A DNA stretch of 58,403 nucleotides from a bacterium (GTDB lineage: Bacteria; Zhuqueibacterota; QNDG01; DTFT01). The first letter of the stretch is position 1, and each line of letters begins with the position of its first letter. Positions 8,572 to 19,221 of this stretch are shown in pieces. A program made the position numbers and the translations under genes. The stretch covers positions 1 to 58,403 of the forward strand of contig JAFGAX010000140.1 of the NCBI GenBank assembly GCA_016933415.1. Direction: 5' to 3'. The notes beneath the pieces were generated by a model. It ran no database searches. It was not told the DNA's origin and was given only the letters and a program-made list of their open reading frames with translations.

Positions 8572-10269
8572 ATGAGACGAAACCTGCTGTTTGCCTGGAC
8601 TTTCGCGTTCTGTTCCATCGGACATGCCGAGCAGTACCTTCTCAACGGCGGTCAGTCCTCCGAGATCCGCTATGTCATGACCCAGAATTTCATGCCGGGA
8701 GACGGCGTTTCACGGCTCGTGATGAGTTATGTGACGCCGAAAAGTTTCACTTCCCCCGGCTACACCCAGGTCATCCGGAATTTTGACATCCGCTTCTCGA
8801 TTCCGCCGTCTTCGCGGAAAAGCCGGATCGATTCAAGGGGCAATGAGATCCTCGAGGTGGAATGGATGAATCCGCGCAACACGGTCCGCGCGACCCTGAC
8901 CTGCACGGCTGTCAACCGGACGGAACTGAAGCCCCTGAAGGCGTCCGCGCCATTTCCGCTGACCGGCCTCGCGCCGGACGTCCGTCCATACCTTCAGCCG
9001 ACAAAGATGATCCCCAGCGCCCACCCGGAAATTCTGAAGCAGGCGCGCCGCCTGACCGCATCGAGCCGGACCGAATTCGACGCGGTCCAGCGCATTCTCT
9101 CCTGGCTCGTGGACCGAGTGAATTACGTCCAGAATCCGGAGCGTTACGACGCCGTCTGGTCGCTGAAAACCGGGAAAGGCAACTGCCAGAACTACAGCCA
9201 TCTGGCCGCGACCATGATGCGCGCCGTCGGCATTCCCGTGCGGATCGTGAACGGCGTGACGCTGAAACAGCCGTATGAGATGAAAATGCCCGGCGGGACA
9301 TTCGCCATGCGCATGGCCCAGGGCCGGCATTCCTGGATCGAGGTGTACTTTCCGGACCTCGGGTGGGTGCCTTTTGATCCCCAGCAGAGCGAGCTGTTCG
9401 TGAGCAACCGTTTCATCCGGGTGGAAACCGGACTGGACAACGAAGAGACCGTCAATGACGGTTCCATCCGATGGAAACGCGCTCCCCGGAGCCTTCAGAT
9501 GCCGTTGTTCCAGGAAATCGTGGATGCCGAGTTCGTTCAGGACCGGGTGGAACTCTCCGCCGCGCGGCAGTCTTACGGTCCGAAAAAACTGCTCTTTTCA
9601 CCGGTCGTTGAATCCGCGTTCGAGAACGTCGCATTCGTTCCCGAGCAGGAAGCCGCGCCGGTCGCGGAACCGGTTTCCACACGCAGGCTCGATTTCAGCA
9701 TGCCGGACACAACGGGCAATCTGGAATATCCCAGGGGCGAGGATTTCTCCGGATTCCGGCAGGCCCGGGGTTCCGGCTCGGACGACGAGTTCACCATGAA
9801 CCGGAGCTTCATGGTGGAAACCGCGGAATACGTCACCGGCCGCGGCGAGCGGTACGCACAGACTTTCATTCTGGACCGGCCCATGCGGATCGAACAAATC
9901 GGACTCGCCCTGCACCCGTTCGGGGGATCGGGCAGTCTCTGGCTGGAAGTGCTCCGGGACGACGGAAACGGAAAACCCGGCGGCCTCATCGAAACAAGCG
10001 ACCTGATCCCCGTCGGAACCGCTAAACCGGCCGCCGGCTATGACTGGATGGATTTCGCTTTCACCGCACGCGCCATGGAACTGGCGGCCGGACGGTACTG
10101 GATGGTGTTGTGCTACTCCGGAAGCCCGGTGGTCAACTGGTTCTTCACGTACGGCAAGCCCGTGGGCCCCAATGACGGGACGCGCTACAACACGCTGTTC
10201 GATGAAAACTGGAGCCGAAGTCTCTCGTACGAATTCAATTTCCGGGTGATCGGGAAAACGGCGCGGTGA
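8572..10269 (+). CDS. Secreted transglutaminase-like cysteine enzyme with C-terminal beta-sandwich domain
   Basis: Signal peptide MRRNLLFAWTFAFCSIGHA; triad motifs GNCQNYSH, GRHSWIEVY, WVPFDP; start at 8572 follows a GGGAG RBS. Confidence 0.8.
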   Translation: MRRNLLFAWTFAFCSIGHAEQYLLNGGQSSEIRYVMTQNFMPGDGVSRLVMSYVTPKSFTSPGYTQVIRNFDIRFSIPPSSRKSRIDSRGNEILEVEWMNPRNTVRATLTCTAVNRTELKPLKASAPFPLTGLAPDVRPYLQPTKMIPSAHPEILKQARRLTASSRTEFDAVQRILSWLVDRVNYVQNPERYDAVWSLKTGKGNCQNYSHLAATMMRAVGIPVRIVNGVTLKQPYEMKMPGGTFAMRMAQGRHSWIEVYFPDLGWVPFDPQQSELFVSNRFIRVETGLDNEETVNDGSIRWKRAPRSLQMPLFQEIVDAEFVQDRVELSAARQSYGPKKLLFSPVVESAFENVAFVPEQEAAPVAEPVSTRRLDFSMPDTTGNLEYPRGEDFSGFRQARGSGSDDEFTMNRSFMVETAEYVTGRGERYAQTFILDRPMRIEQIGLALHPFGGSGSLWLEVLRDDGNGKPGGLIETSDLIPVGTAKPAAGYDWMDFAFTARAMELAAGRYWMVLCYSGSPVVNWFFTYGKPVGPNDGTRYNTLFDENWSRSLSYEFNFRVIGKTAR

Positions 10270-10447
10270 ATCTTCGAGAGTGATGAATTGATTCTGTTTT
10301 CGGGTGGCGCAGTCCGGGGTGATCCTTTCGGAAACAGACCGCCTCGGAAAGAGACTTCAAGAGACACGGAAACGGATACGGAAAAACGGCTGTCCGGTGA
10401 TCCCAATCTTTCCAGAACCGTCGCACAGGATGACGGCAGCAGACAGC

Positions 10448-10483
10448 ACGGCCCGGATCCGATTGACACCGAATCCGGGCCGT
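10448..10483. terminator. GC-rich hairpin between convergent genes (possible terminator)
   Basis: ACGGCCCGGAT (10448-10458) and ATCCGGGCCGT (10473-10483) form a perfect 11-bp inverted repeat; no clear U-tract. Confidence 0.4.
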
Positions 10484-10538
10484 CCATGATTCATGACGTC
10501 CCTACCCTCTCATCCTCACAAGTTCACCGGATAGGTAT

Positions 10539-10566
10539 CTTTGCGCTTTGTACTTTGCGCTCTGCC
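10539..10566. repeat. Tandem heptamer array (single arm)
   Basis: CTTTGCG CTTTGTA CTTTGCG CTCTGCC, ending 2 nt from the stop of the 10569..12233 gene. Confidence 0.55.
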
Positions 10567-10568
10567 CC

Positions 10569-12233
10569 CTACTTCACCAGCACGACTTTACGACTCGCCG
10601 CGGCACCTTCCGCTTCGAGGCGGACGACATAGACGCCGGCCGGCACGACATTCCCGGCCGCGTCCGTCCCGTTCCATGCCGCGCGGTGAAGACCGGCATC
10701 GACCGGACCATCCGTCAGGGTCTTCACAAACCGTCCGCGGACGTCGTACAGGACGAGTGAGGCGCGGGTGCGGCCCGACGTTTCGAACATGAGCATGATG
10801 CTGGAATTGAAGGGATTGGGATAGGCTTCAGCCAGCACGCATCGGGATGGTTTCTGCGGACCCAAGCGATCCTCCACGCCGGTCGACCGGGCATCCGCCC
10901 AGACCGTGTCAGAAACAACCTCCACGCCGTCCCGGAAAGAGATCGCGAAATACCCGTTCTTCTTGCCGAGCCGGATCGTGTCCCGGTACCGGTAGTCTGC
11001 GCCTGTTTTGAATCCCCACAGCGCCTGGTACGCCGCATCCTCCCCCGCCTGCTTGAAGAACATGCCGAGTCCGGGAGCCCCTTTCGGCCAGATATAATTC
11101 ACGTCGAATTTCATCGTCGTGGAGGTCACGGACGTCCTGTGGACAGTGAAAACCGGCGCGTGCGCGCTCCCATTCTCCTTTAAAATTCGGAAATCCGAGA
11201 CGCGGACCGTGTCGCCGTCCGGATGGGATGCTCCGGTCACGGTGAGACGGACGTACCGGGCCTGCACCGGCGCGGTCATGTCGAGGGCCACGGCCGCGGT
11301 GTCGGTCCGCGTGGACCGATCCACGACCCCGGCCCAGACGCCTGAGACCGTCGAGGTCTCAACCGTGTAAAGGAGTCCGGTTCCGGCCGCGTCCCCGAAT
11401 CCCACCCGGAACAGGTCGACCGTCTGAACGGAGCCCAGATCCACCACAACCTGCGACGGGAACCCGGTTGCGATCCAGAAAGTCCGGTCATCGCCGTCCA
11501 CCAGGTTGGCCGGCCCGTACAGAGCCGCATCAACGGAACCGCTTGCGGCCACGGGCCTGCCCGCGGCCGCGTCTTCGTCCGTCACCCGCACAACGGTCCG
11601 CCCGGTCAGCGTTTCCCAGAGCACTTTGGCCATAAGCCCGGATCCCTCGATGTTGGGATGGATTCCGTCGGGCAGAAGGCCCTGGCGGTCGAGCAGCGGC
11701 GTTCGAAAATCGATGATCGGGCAATCCTTGTCCGCCGCGATCTGCCGGATCATGGGGATGATGTCGTTGGTGATGACCGAGTCGCTGATATCGTACGCCG
11801 AACTGAAGGCCGGCGGCGGAATACAGACATAAACGAGGGGGTGACTGGGCAGAGCCCGGAACGTATCGATCATCGCATGATAGTCCGCAACGAACCGGTC
11901 CTTGTAGACCCAGTTGTACGGTTTGCTGTCATTGGTCCCCAGGCAGATGGTGACCGTGTCGGGATTGAAATCCAGTCCGAGCTTGAATTTATTCTCGACC
12001 CAGAGCGGAAAATCACCCTGTTTCAGCATCGTCCTTCCGGAGACACCCGCATTTTGAATGGACCAGCCGGATCCGAGCATGGCCGCGGCCTGGGAGGGAT
12101 AGGCGTCGGTCGCAGGATTGCTCAACCCGGCACCCTCGGTGATGCTGTTGCCCACACAGGTCAGGCGGGTTTGGCCGGTTGCGGAAGCAGACAGAAACAG
12201 AAGGGCTGCGGCAAGCACGGTTTTCTTCGGCAT
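10569..12233 (-). CDS. SGNH/GDSL esterase + F5/8 type C (CBM32-like) domain + FlgD-Ig/T9SS-A-like CTD
   Basis: Signal peptide; CVGNSITEG (block I), NAGVSG, LGTND, DGIHP; NLVDGDDRTFW...ARYVRLTV discoidin motif; AYPNPFN...WNGTD...GVYVVRL. Confidence 0.88.
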   Translation of the reverse strand: MPKKTVLAAALLFLSASATGQTRLTCVGNSITEGAGLSNPATDAYPSQAAAMLGSGWSIQNAGVSGRTMLKQGDFPLWVENKFKLGLDFNPDTVTICLGTNDSKPYNWVYKDRFVADYHAMIDTFRALPSHPLVYVCIPPPAFSSAYDISDSVITNDIIPMIRQIAADKDCPIIDFRTPLLDRQGLLPDGIHPNIEGSGLMAKVLWETLTGRTVVRVTDEDAAAGRPVAASGSVDAALYGPANLVDGDDRTFWIATGFPSQVVVDLGSVQTVDLFRVGFGDAAGTGLLYTVETSTVSGVWAGVVDRSTRTDTAAVALDMTAPVQARYVRLTVTGASHPDGDTVRVSDFRILKENGSAHAPVFTVHRTSVTSTTMKFDVNYIWPKGAPGLGMFFKQAGEDAAYQALWGFKTGADYRYRDTIRLGKKNGYFAISFRDGVEVVSDTVWADARSTGVEDRLGPQKPSRCVLAEAYPNPFNSSIMLMFETSGRTRASLVLYDVRGRFVKTLTDGPVDAGLHRAAWNGTDAAGNVVPAGVYVVRLEAEGAAASRKVVLVK

Positions 12234-12278
12234 GGTATCCCCTGTTGTTTTACGGGACCGGGACAGGCACAGTCCGAC

Positions 12279-12977
12279 TTACGGATAATCCGGATTCGTC
12301 ACCTGAATGCCGACCGCGGTTTTGCCGTGAACGGATATTCCGAATTTCACGGGGACCAGGACGGTCGGATCCCCGGATGTGAATCCGATGCAGGGCGCCA
12401 GTTCGAAAAAGAAATTCGAACGGCGATCGAGCATTACCTCGACGCCGAAGCCGGCGGTGACACCGAGCACCGTCTCGTTCGCCGCGGGACGGACCACGCG
12501 GCCCGTCGTGGATATCTGGTTTTGATAATCGTTGATCTCGATCTTCCCCTTGCGCAGACCGAACAGACCGGCCCCCGCCATGACGTAGGGCTCCGCCTTG
12601 CCGCCGCTTCCGGACGGAAAAGCCAGCTTGGCGTTGAACGTCAGGTTCCAGACCCTGGCATCGCCTCCTTCAATGTCCACCTCGGGATCCGCGCGGTTGG
12701 CGTCCGTGAACGCGACGATGTCCGGATCCGCGTTCATGTAACCCCGGTTGTCGAAGGCGGCGTTGTTCAGTTGGAGCATGGCCTGTACCTCGAAACTGCG
12801 GGTCAGACGCCGCCCGGCCGCCAGACCGACGTTGAAGCCCTGGGAGTAGGCGTCCCTGAAAGCCTCGGGCGCGAGTGGCACGGAGGTGCCGGTGTGCAGG
12901 TAAAACACATTCCGTTCTCCGCCGAAAAGAGATACTGCGCAGAGACAGACAAGCGCGATGAGCCGTTTGGCGTTCAT
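12279..12977 (-). CDS. Outer-membrane beta-barrel protein (OmpA-like/porin-family membrane domain)
   Basis: Start MNAKRLIALV (12977); alternating beta-strand pattern GFNVGLAAG, PYVMAGAGLF, GVTAGFGVEV, VPVKFGISV. Confidence 0.7.
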   Translation of the reverse strand: MNAKRLIALVCLCAVSLFGGERNVFYLHTGTSVPLAPEAFRDAYSQGFNVGLAAGRRLTRSFEVQAMLQLNNAAFDNRGYMNADPDIVAFTDANRADPEVDIEGGDARVWNLTFNAKLAFPSGSGGKAEPYVMAGAGLFGLRKGKIEINDYQNQISTTGRVVRPAANETVLGVTAGFGVEVMLDRRSNFFFELAPCIGFTSGDPTVLVPVKFGISVHGKTAVGIQVTNPDYP

Positions 12978-13178
12978 GAAATTTCCTTTTCTGGTTGGAT
13001 GATACAATCCGGAACGCAGAGCGTCTTCGGGATGCTCAAGCACCAATATAAACAACACGCCTGAAAGACGCAACGGATTTCAGGCCTGAAAAAGCCGGCC
13101 GCCGGGGGAACGTCCGCGGCGGTTTTGCGGCCGAGGATCCGGTTCACGTTTCTTCCGGGGATGTCCCGGCCGGCGGGG

Positions 13179-15359
13179 TCATTCCCCTGCCCTGAATGCC
13201 GCCCTGAGCTTCAGATCAGCAGAGGAAGGCCCGACAGCCGCCTCGAAAACGCCAGGTTCCACGGTCCACGCGCCCGAAGCGTCGATCATGGATAGATCCT
13301 CGGGCGTGATCGTGAAGGACACGGTTTTCGACTCGCCGGGATTCAGATGCACGCGGTGGAATCCCTTCAGGGACCGGGCGGGTCTCGGCGTGCTTGCTTC
13401 GATGTCCTTCAGATACAGCTGGACAACCTCGTCTCCCGCCACCTTCCCCGTGTTGCGCACCGACACCGAAATCCCGGCATTCTGACCCGCTGGAACCGTT
13501 GTTTTCGGAACCTCGAGCCCGGTGTACTCGAAAGTCGTATAGCTCAGCCCGAATCCGAACGGGTACAGCGGTTCGCCGCTGAAATAACGGTAGGTCCTGC
13601 CCGCCATGCGGTATTCTTCAAAGGGCGGCAGTTGTTCGTTTGAGCGGTAGAACGTGACGGGAAGACGCCCGGCGGGATTGGTGTCCCCGAACAGCACGTC
13701 GGCCAGCGCTGTTCCGCCGGCCTGGCCCGGATACCAGGCCGCGAGGACGGCCTGCAGGTGATCATGCTCCCACGGAATCGCGATCGCGCTGCCGGTCAGG
13801 AGAACGAGAATGACGGGTTTGCCCGTGGCATGAAGCGCCTGGAGCAGGCCGGTCTGAACCGCAGGCAGGCGGATGTCCGTGCGGTCTCCGCCCAGGAAAC
13901 CCGGCGCGTCCACGCGCATTTCCTCGCCTTCCAGCCGGGGTGAAATGCCGCCGACGAAAACAACCACGTCCGCTTTCTTGGCGGAATCCACGGCCGCGGC
14001 TGCCGCGGCCGCGTCTGCACGCGTCCAGTCGCAGCCGGGCGCGTACAGCACGGTCGTGCGGGTCGAAACGCTCCTGCGGATGCCCTCGAGAGGCGTCACT
14101 GCGGCCGAGGGCGTTCCGTTGTAATTGCCGTACATCACGGAAGCCTGGTCCGCGTTCGGTCCGGTCACGAGAAGGGATTTCAGGCTTCTGGAAAGCGGCA
14201 GAAAACCGTCCGCGTTCTTCAGCAGGACCATTGATCTGCGCGCGGCTTCGAGCGCGAGAACGCGGCGTTCGGGGCTGTCGTTCCTCTCAAAGGGAATCCG
14301 CGCCCAGGCCACGCGTTCCGGCGGATCGAACATGCCGAGCCTGAAACGCGCCTCGAAAAGCCGCTTGATCGCGACGTCGATTTCCGCTTCCGTGATCAGG
14401 CCGGTTTTCACGGCCTCTTTCAACGAACGGTATTCCCGGCCGCAGTCGAGATCGCAGCCCATTTTCACCGCCAGGGCGGAAGCCTCGGCCTCGGTCCGCG
14501 CGAGGCGATGTCCCCGCCAGATGTCCTCGATGGCGCCGCAATCGGAGACCACGTAGCCCTTGAAGCCCCACTCGCCGCGCAGAATACCGCCCAGCAGCTG
14601 CCGGTGCGCGCAGCAGGCCTCGCCGTTGGTGCGGTTGTATGCGCCCATGACCGACCACGCGCCGGCTTCGGTCACCGCGGCCTTGAACGCAGGAAGATAG
14701 GTTTCATACAGATCCCTGCGGTCCGCGGCCGCGTCGAACCGGTGCCTCTCCGGTTCGGGTCCGCTGTGCACCGCGTAGTGCTTGGGCGTGGCCACCAGTT
14801 TCAGGTACTTCGGATCGTCACCCTGGAGCCCGGTGACGAACGCGACGGCCATCCGCGCCGCCAGATAGGGATCCTCCCCGTATGTTTCCTGGCCCCGTCC
14901 CCACCGGGGATCCCTGAAAATATTCACATTGGGCGACCAGAAGGTCAGTCCCTGATACCGCTTCCGCCTGCCGTTGCGCGCGAATTCATGGTGCTTGGCG
15001 CGCGCCTCGTCCGAGATCGCGGTCGCGACCTGAAGCATCAGGTCCGTGTCGAACGAGGCGGCAAGACCGATGGCCTGCGGAAAAACCGTCGCGATTCCGG
15101 CCCGGGCCACGCCGTGCAGGCATTCGTTCCACCATCCGTATTCCGGAATGCCGAGCCTGGGCACCGCGTGCGACCAGTCCTGCATCTGCGAGACTTTTTC
15201 CTCGAGGGTCATGCGGGAGACCAGATCCTCCACCCGTTCCCCGACCGGGAAATCGGCATTCTGAAAGGGAAAAGACGGCTGACCGCTGATCCGGGTCAGC
15301 GGGGCTCCGCACATCAGTCCGACCGCGACCGCCGTCACTTTCATTCCGTGCATGCGCAT
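13179..15359 (-). CDS. Glycoside hydrolase family 3 (beta-xylosidase/beta-glucosidase) with C-terminal Fn3-like domain
   Basis: WWNECLHG, WSPNVNIFRDPRWGRGQETYGEDP, ATPKHYAVH, GYVVSDCGAI (nucleophile Asp), EGEE, YPFGFGLSYT; signal peptide. Confidence 0.93.
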   Translation of the reverse strand: MRMHGMKVTAVAVGLMCGAPLTRISGQPSFPFQNADFPVGERVEDLVSRMTLEEKVSQMQDWSHAVPRLGIPEYGWWNECLHGVARAGIATVFPQAIGLAASFDTDLMLQVATAISDEARAKHHEFARNGRRKRYQGLTFWSPNVNIFRDPRWGRGQETYGEDPYLAARMAVAFVTGLQGDDPKYLKLVATPKHYAVHSGPEPERHRFDAAADRRDLYETYLPAFKAAVTEAGAWSVMGAYNRTNGEACCAHRQLLGGILRGEWGFKGYVVSDCGAIEDIWRGHRLARTEAEASALAVKMGCDLDCGREYRSLKEAVKTGLITEAEIDVAIKRLFEARFRLGMFDPPERVAWARIPFERNDSPERRVLALEAARRSMVLLKNADGFLPLSRSLKSLLVTGPNADQASVMYGNYNGTPSAAVTPLEGIRRSVSTRTTVLYAPGCDWTRADAAAAAAAVDSAKKADVVVFVGGISPRLEGEEMRVDAPGFLGGDRTDIRLPAVQTGLLQALHATGKPVILVLLTGSAIAIPWEHDHLQAVLAAWYPGQAGGTALADVLFGDTNPAGRLPVTFYRSNEQLPPFEEYRMAGRTYRYFSGEPLYPFGFGLSYTTFEYTGLEVPKTTVPAGQNAGISVSVRNTGKVAGDEVVQLYLKDIEASTPRPARSLKGFHRVHLNPGESKTVSFTITPEDLSMIDASGAWTVEPGVFEAAVGPSSADLKLRAAFRAGE

Positions 15360-15527
15360 ATCGGGTTCCCTTTTGATCAATGCGTCCAGCGGGCCGGCGG
15401 CCTGAGCCGCCGGTTCATCCCGGCCCCGGATCCCGGCCGCTCATCCATCCGGGGAAGCTTGCGTCACGGATCAAAGTACGGGAAAAAGAATTTTGAGTCA
15501 ATTCATTTAATGTAAACAATTGTAAAG

Positions 15528-15558
15528 AAAAAAGGCGACCGTTCTCCGGTTCGCCTTT
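15528..15558 (-). terminator. Rho-independent terminator of the lacI-SDR-gnd-larA operon
   Basis: AAAGGCGA-CCG...CGGT-TCGCCTTT stem with an extra A-tract on the left. Confidence 0.7.
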
Positions 15559-15629
15559 CCGATGCCTTCGGTTACGCCGGACCCGGGACACGGACCGCCC
15601 ATACCGGGAAACGCAGCCGGCGTTCCGGC

Positions 15630-16882
<1,253 letters not shown>

Positions 16883-16886
<4 letters not shown>

Positions 16887-18295
16887 GTCCACTCCGTATG
16901 GAAGAATCGCCCGCGCGGCCGGTCCGTGCGCTCATAGGTGTGCGCGCCGAAGAAATCCCGCTGGGCCTGGAGCAGGTTCGCGGGCAGTACCGCGGACCGG
17001 TATCCGTCATAATAGGCGAGCGCGCTCGAGAAGGTCGGAACGGGGATGCCGGTCATCGCGGCTTCGCTGACCACAGCGCGCCAGGAATCCTGGCAACCGG
17101 CCAGTACGGACCGGAAATACGGCGCCAGCAGCAGATTCTTCAGACCGGGCTCCGCGTCGAACGCCTCCTTGATTTTGTCGAGGAACTGGGCCCGGATGAT
17201 GCATCCCGCGCGCCAGAGCAGTGCGATGGCGCCGAAATTCAGACGCCATTTGTACTCCTCGTCCGCGGACCGGAGCAGTTGGAAGCCCTGCGCGTAGGAA
17301 CAGATTTTGGAGGCATACAGGGCTTCCCGAACGGCTCCGACGAAAGCCGCACGGTCGCCGGAGAACGGGCGGGAAGGACCGGCGAGTATTCCGGACGCCG
17401 CGACTCTTTCCTCCTTCAGCGCCGACAGGCACCGCGCGAAAACAGCCTCCGCAATGGTCTGGGCCGGAGCGCCCAGATCCAGCGCGGTCTGGCTGGTCCA
17501 TTTTCCCGTCCCCTTCTGGCCGGCCGCGTCGAGTATGACATGCACCATGGGCTTTCCGGTTTCCGTGTCCTTCTTCTTGAGAATCCGGCCCGTGATCTCG
17601 ATGAGATAACTGTTCAGGTCGCCGCGGTTCCATTCATCGAAAACGGACGCCATCTCCTCCGTCGTCATGCCGAGCAGCGTCTCGAGGAGAGCGAAGGATT
17701 CTCCGATCATCTGCATATCGCCGTACTCGATGCCGTTGTGCACCATCTTCACGAAATGACCCGCGCCTCCGGACCCGATCCATTCACAGCATGGCGTGCC
17801 GTCCGGCGTTTTCGCGGCAATGGCCTGAAAAAGGGGCTTGACGACAGGCCAGGCGTCCGGATTGCCCCCCGGCATGATGGAGGGCCCCTTGAGCGCGCCT
17901 TCCTCCCCGCCGCTGACCCCGGTGCCGATATAGAGGATCCCCGTGCCCTCCAGGGAGCGGATCCGCCGCTCCGTATCCAGGAACAGGGAATTGCCGCCGT
18001 CGATCAGAACGTCGCCCGGTTTCAGGAGGGGTTTCAACTGGTCGATCAGCTGGTCCACGGCCTTTCCGGCCGGAACCATCATCAGAATTTTCTTCGGCGC
18101 GGACAGGTCGCCGCAGAAGGACGCGAGGTCCGGATGCACCGCCGCGTTCTTCCCGGAAGTGCGCTCCGCGAACCGGTTCCGCTTGCCCGCGTCCAGGTCC
18201 GTGCCGGCCACCGAATAGCCGTGGTTCGAGAAATTGAGGGCCAGGTTCTCACCCATCACGCCGAGGCCGACGATGCCGATGTCTTTCTTGCTCAT
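16883..18295 (-). CDS. gnd: 6-phosphogluconate dehydrogenase, NADP-dependent, decarboxylating
   Basis: 470 aa; [73 protein letters not shown]. Confidence 0.97.
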
Positions 18296-18344
18296 TTGAG
18301 TCCCTTATCGAGTTTAAATGTCAGTTTACCATAGGTTCTGTCTG

Positions 18345-18440
18345 AGTTCAAAGTTCAAAGTTCAAGGTTCAAAGTTAAAATAAATGGTTTGACTTCGATT
18401 CCGCCGTTCTCTTTGAACTTTGAACCTTGAACTTTGAACT
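18345..18440. repeat. Inverted heptamer-array element A
   Basis: (AAAGTTC)n left arm and (GAACTTT)n right arm; 18352-18376 and 18416-18440 are a perfect 25-bp inverted repeat around a 39-nt loop. Confidence 0.9.
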
Positions 18441-18444
18441 GATT

Positions 18445-19221
18445 TTAGATCGTCATCGCCGAAAATCCGCCGTCCACCCGGATCAGCGCGCCCGTGACGA
18501 AGGAAGAAGCCTTCTCCGAGGCGAGCCAGACCACGGCGCCCGTCAGTTCCTCCGCGTTTCCAAAGCGCCCCATCGGCGTGTGGTTGAGAATCGAAGCCGT
18601 GCGTTCGGGCGTGAGCAGTTTGCGGTTCTGCTCCGCGGGGAAAAAACCCGGCAGCAGCGCGTTCACGCGCACGCCCTGCCGGGCCCATTCCCGGGCCAGA
18701 AACTGGGTGAGGCTGTTGACGCCGGCCTTGGAGATGCCATAGGTGAACACCTTGGACAGGGGCGGTCCGGACGATGCCGATGAGATATTGATGATGCTGC
18801 CTCCCTTTTTCCGGTCGATCATGCGGCGGCCGAATATCTGGCACGCGAGCATCATGGACTTCAGGTTCACGTTCAGAATGCGGTCCCATTCGGATTCCGC
18901 GATGTCGAAGAAAGGCGTGGCGGAGTTCACGCCCGGCGCGTTGATCAGAATATCCGCGCCGCCGAAAGCGTCCGCCACCTCGGAATCCGCCCGCTCCAGT
19001 TCGGCCTTGGACGAGGCGTCCGCAGCCACCGCCAGACCCCGGACGCCGGACTTCTCGACGCGGCCGGCCGCCGCCTCGGCCTTCCCTTTGTCCAGATCCA
19101 CAATCGCCACATCGGCTCCCGCATCGGCGAGACCCTCGGCCATGGTGCTCCCGAGAACGCCGCCCCCGCCGATGACCACCGCGGTTTTCCCCTTCAATCC
19201 GAACCACTCCTGCACATTCAT
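18445..19221 (-). CDS. SDR oxidoreductase, UxuB-like (D-mannonate oxidoreductase / fructuronate reductase type)
   Basis: GGGGVLGSTMA, NAPGVN, NISS, YGISKAG (YxxxK), NALLPGFFPAEQN, HTPMGRFG, VDGGFSA resemble the SDR-type UxuB of Bacillus; substrate is inferred. Confidence 0.8.
   Translation of the reverse strand: MNVQEWFGLKGKTAVVIGGGGVLGSTMAEGLADAGADVAIVDLDKGKAEAAAGRVEKSGVRGLAVAADASSKAELERADSEVADAFGGADILINAPGVNSATPFFDIAESEWDRILNVNLKSMMLACQIFGRRMIDRKKGGSIINISSASSGPPLSKVFTYGISKAGVNSLTQFLAREWARQGVRVNALLPGFFPAEQNRKLLTPERTASILNHTPMGRFGNAEELTGAVVWLASEKASSFVTGALIRVDGGFSAMTI

Noticed and set aside
12279-12330. Frameshift or read-through in the OMP gene (tail HGKTAVGIQVTNPDYP after the last strand)
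   Set aside because: The frame is open and there is no slippery site or alternative stop evidence; a short natural extension is as likely.
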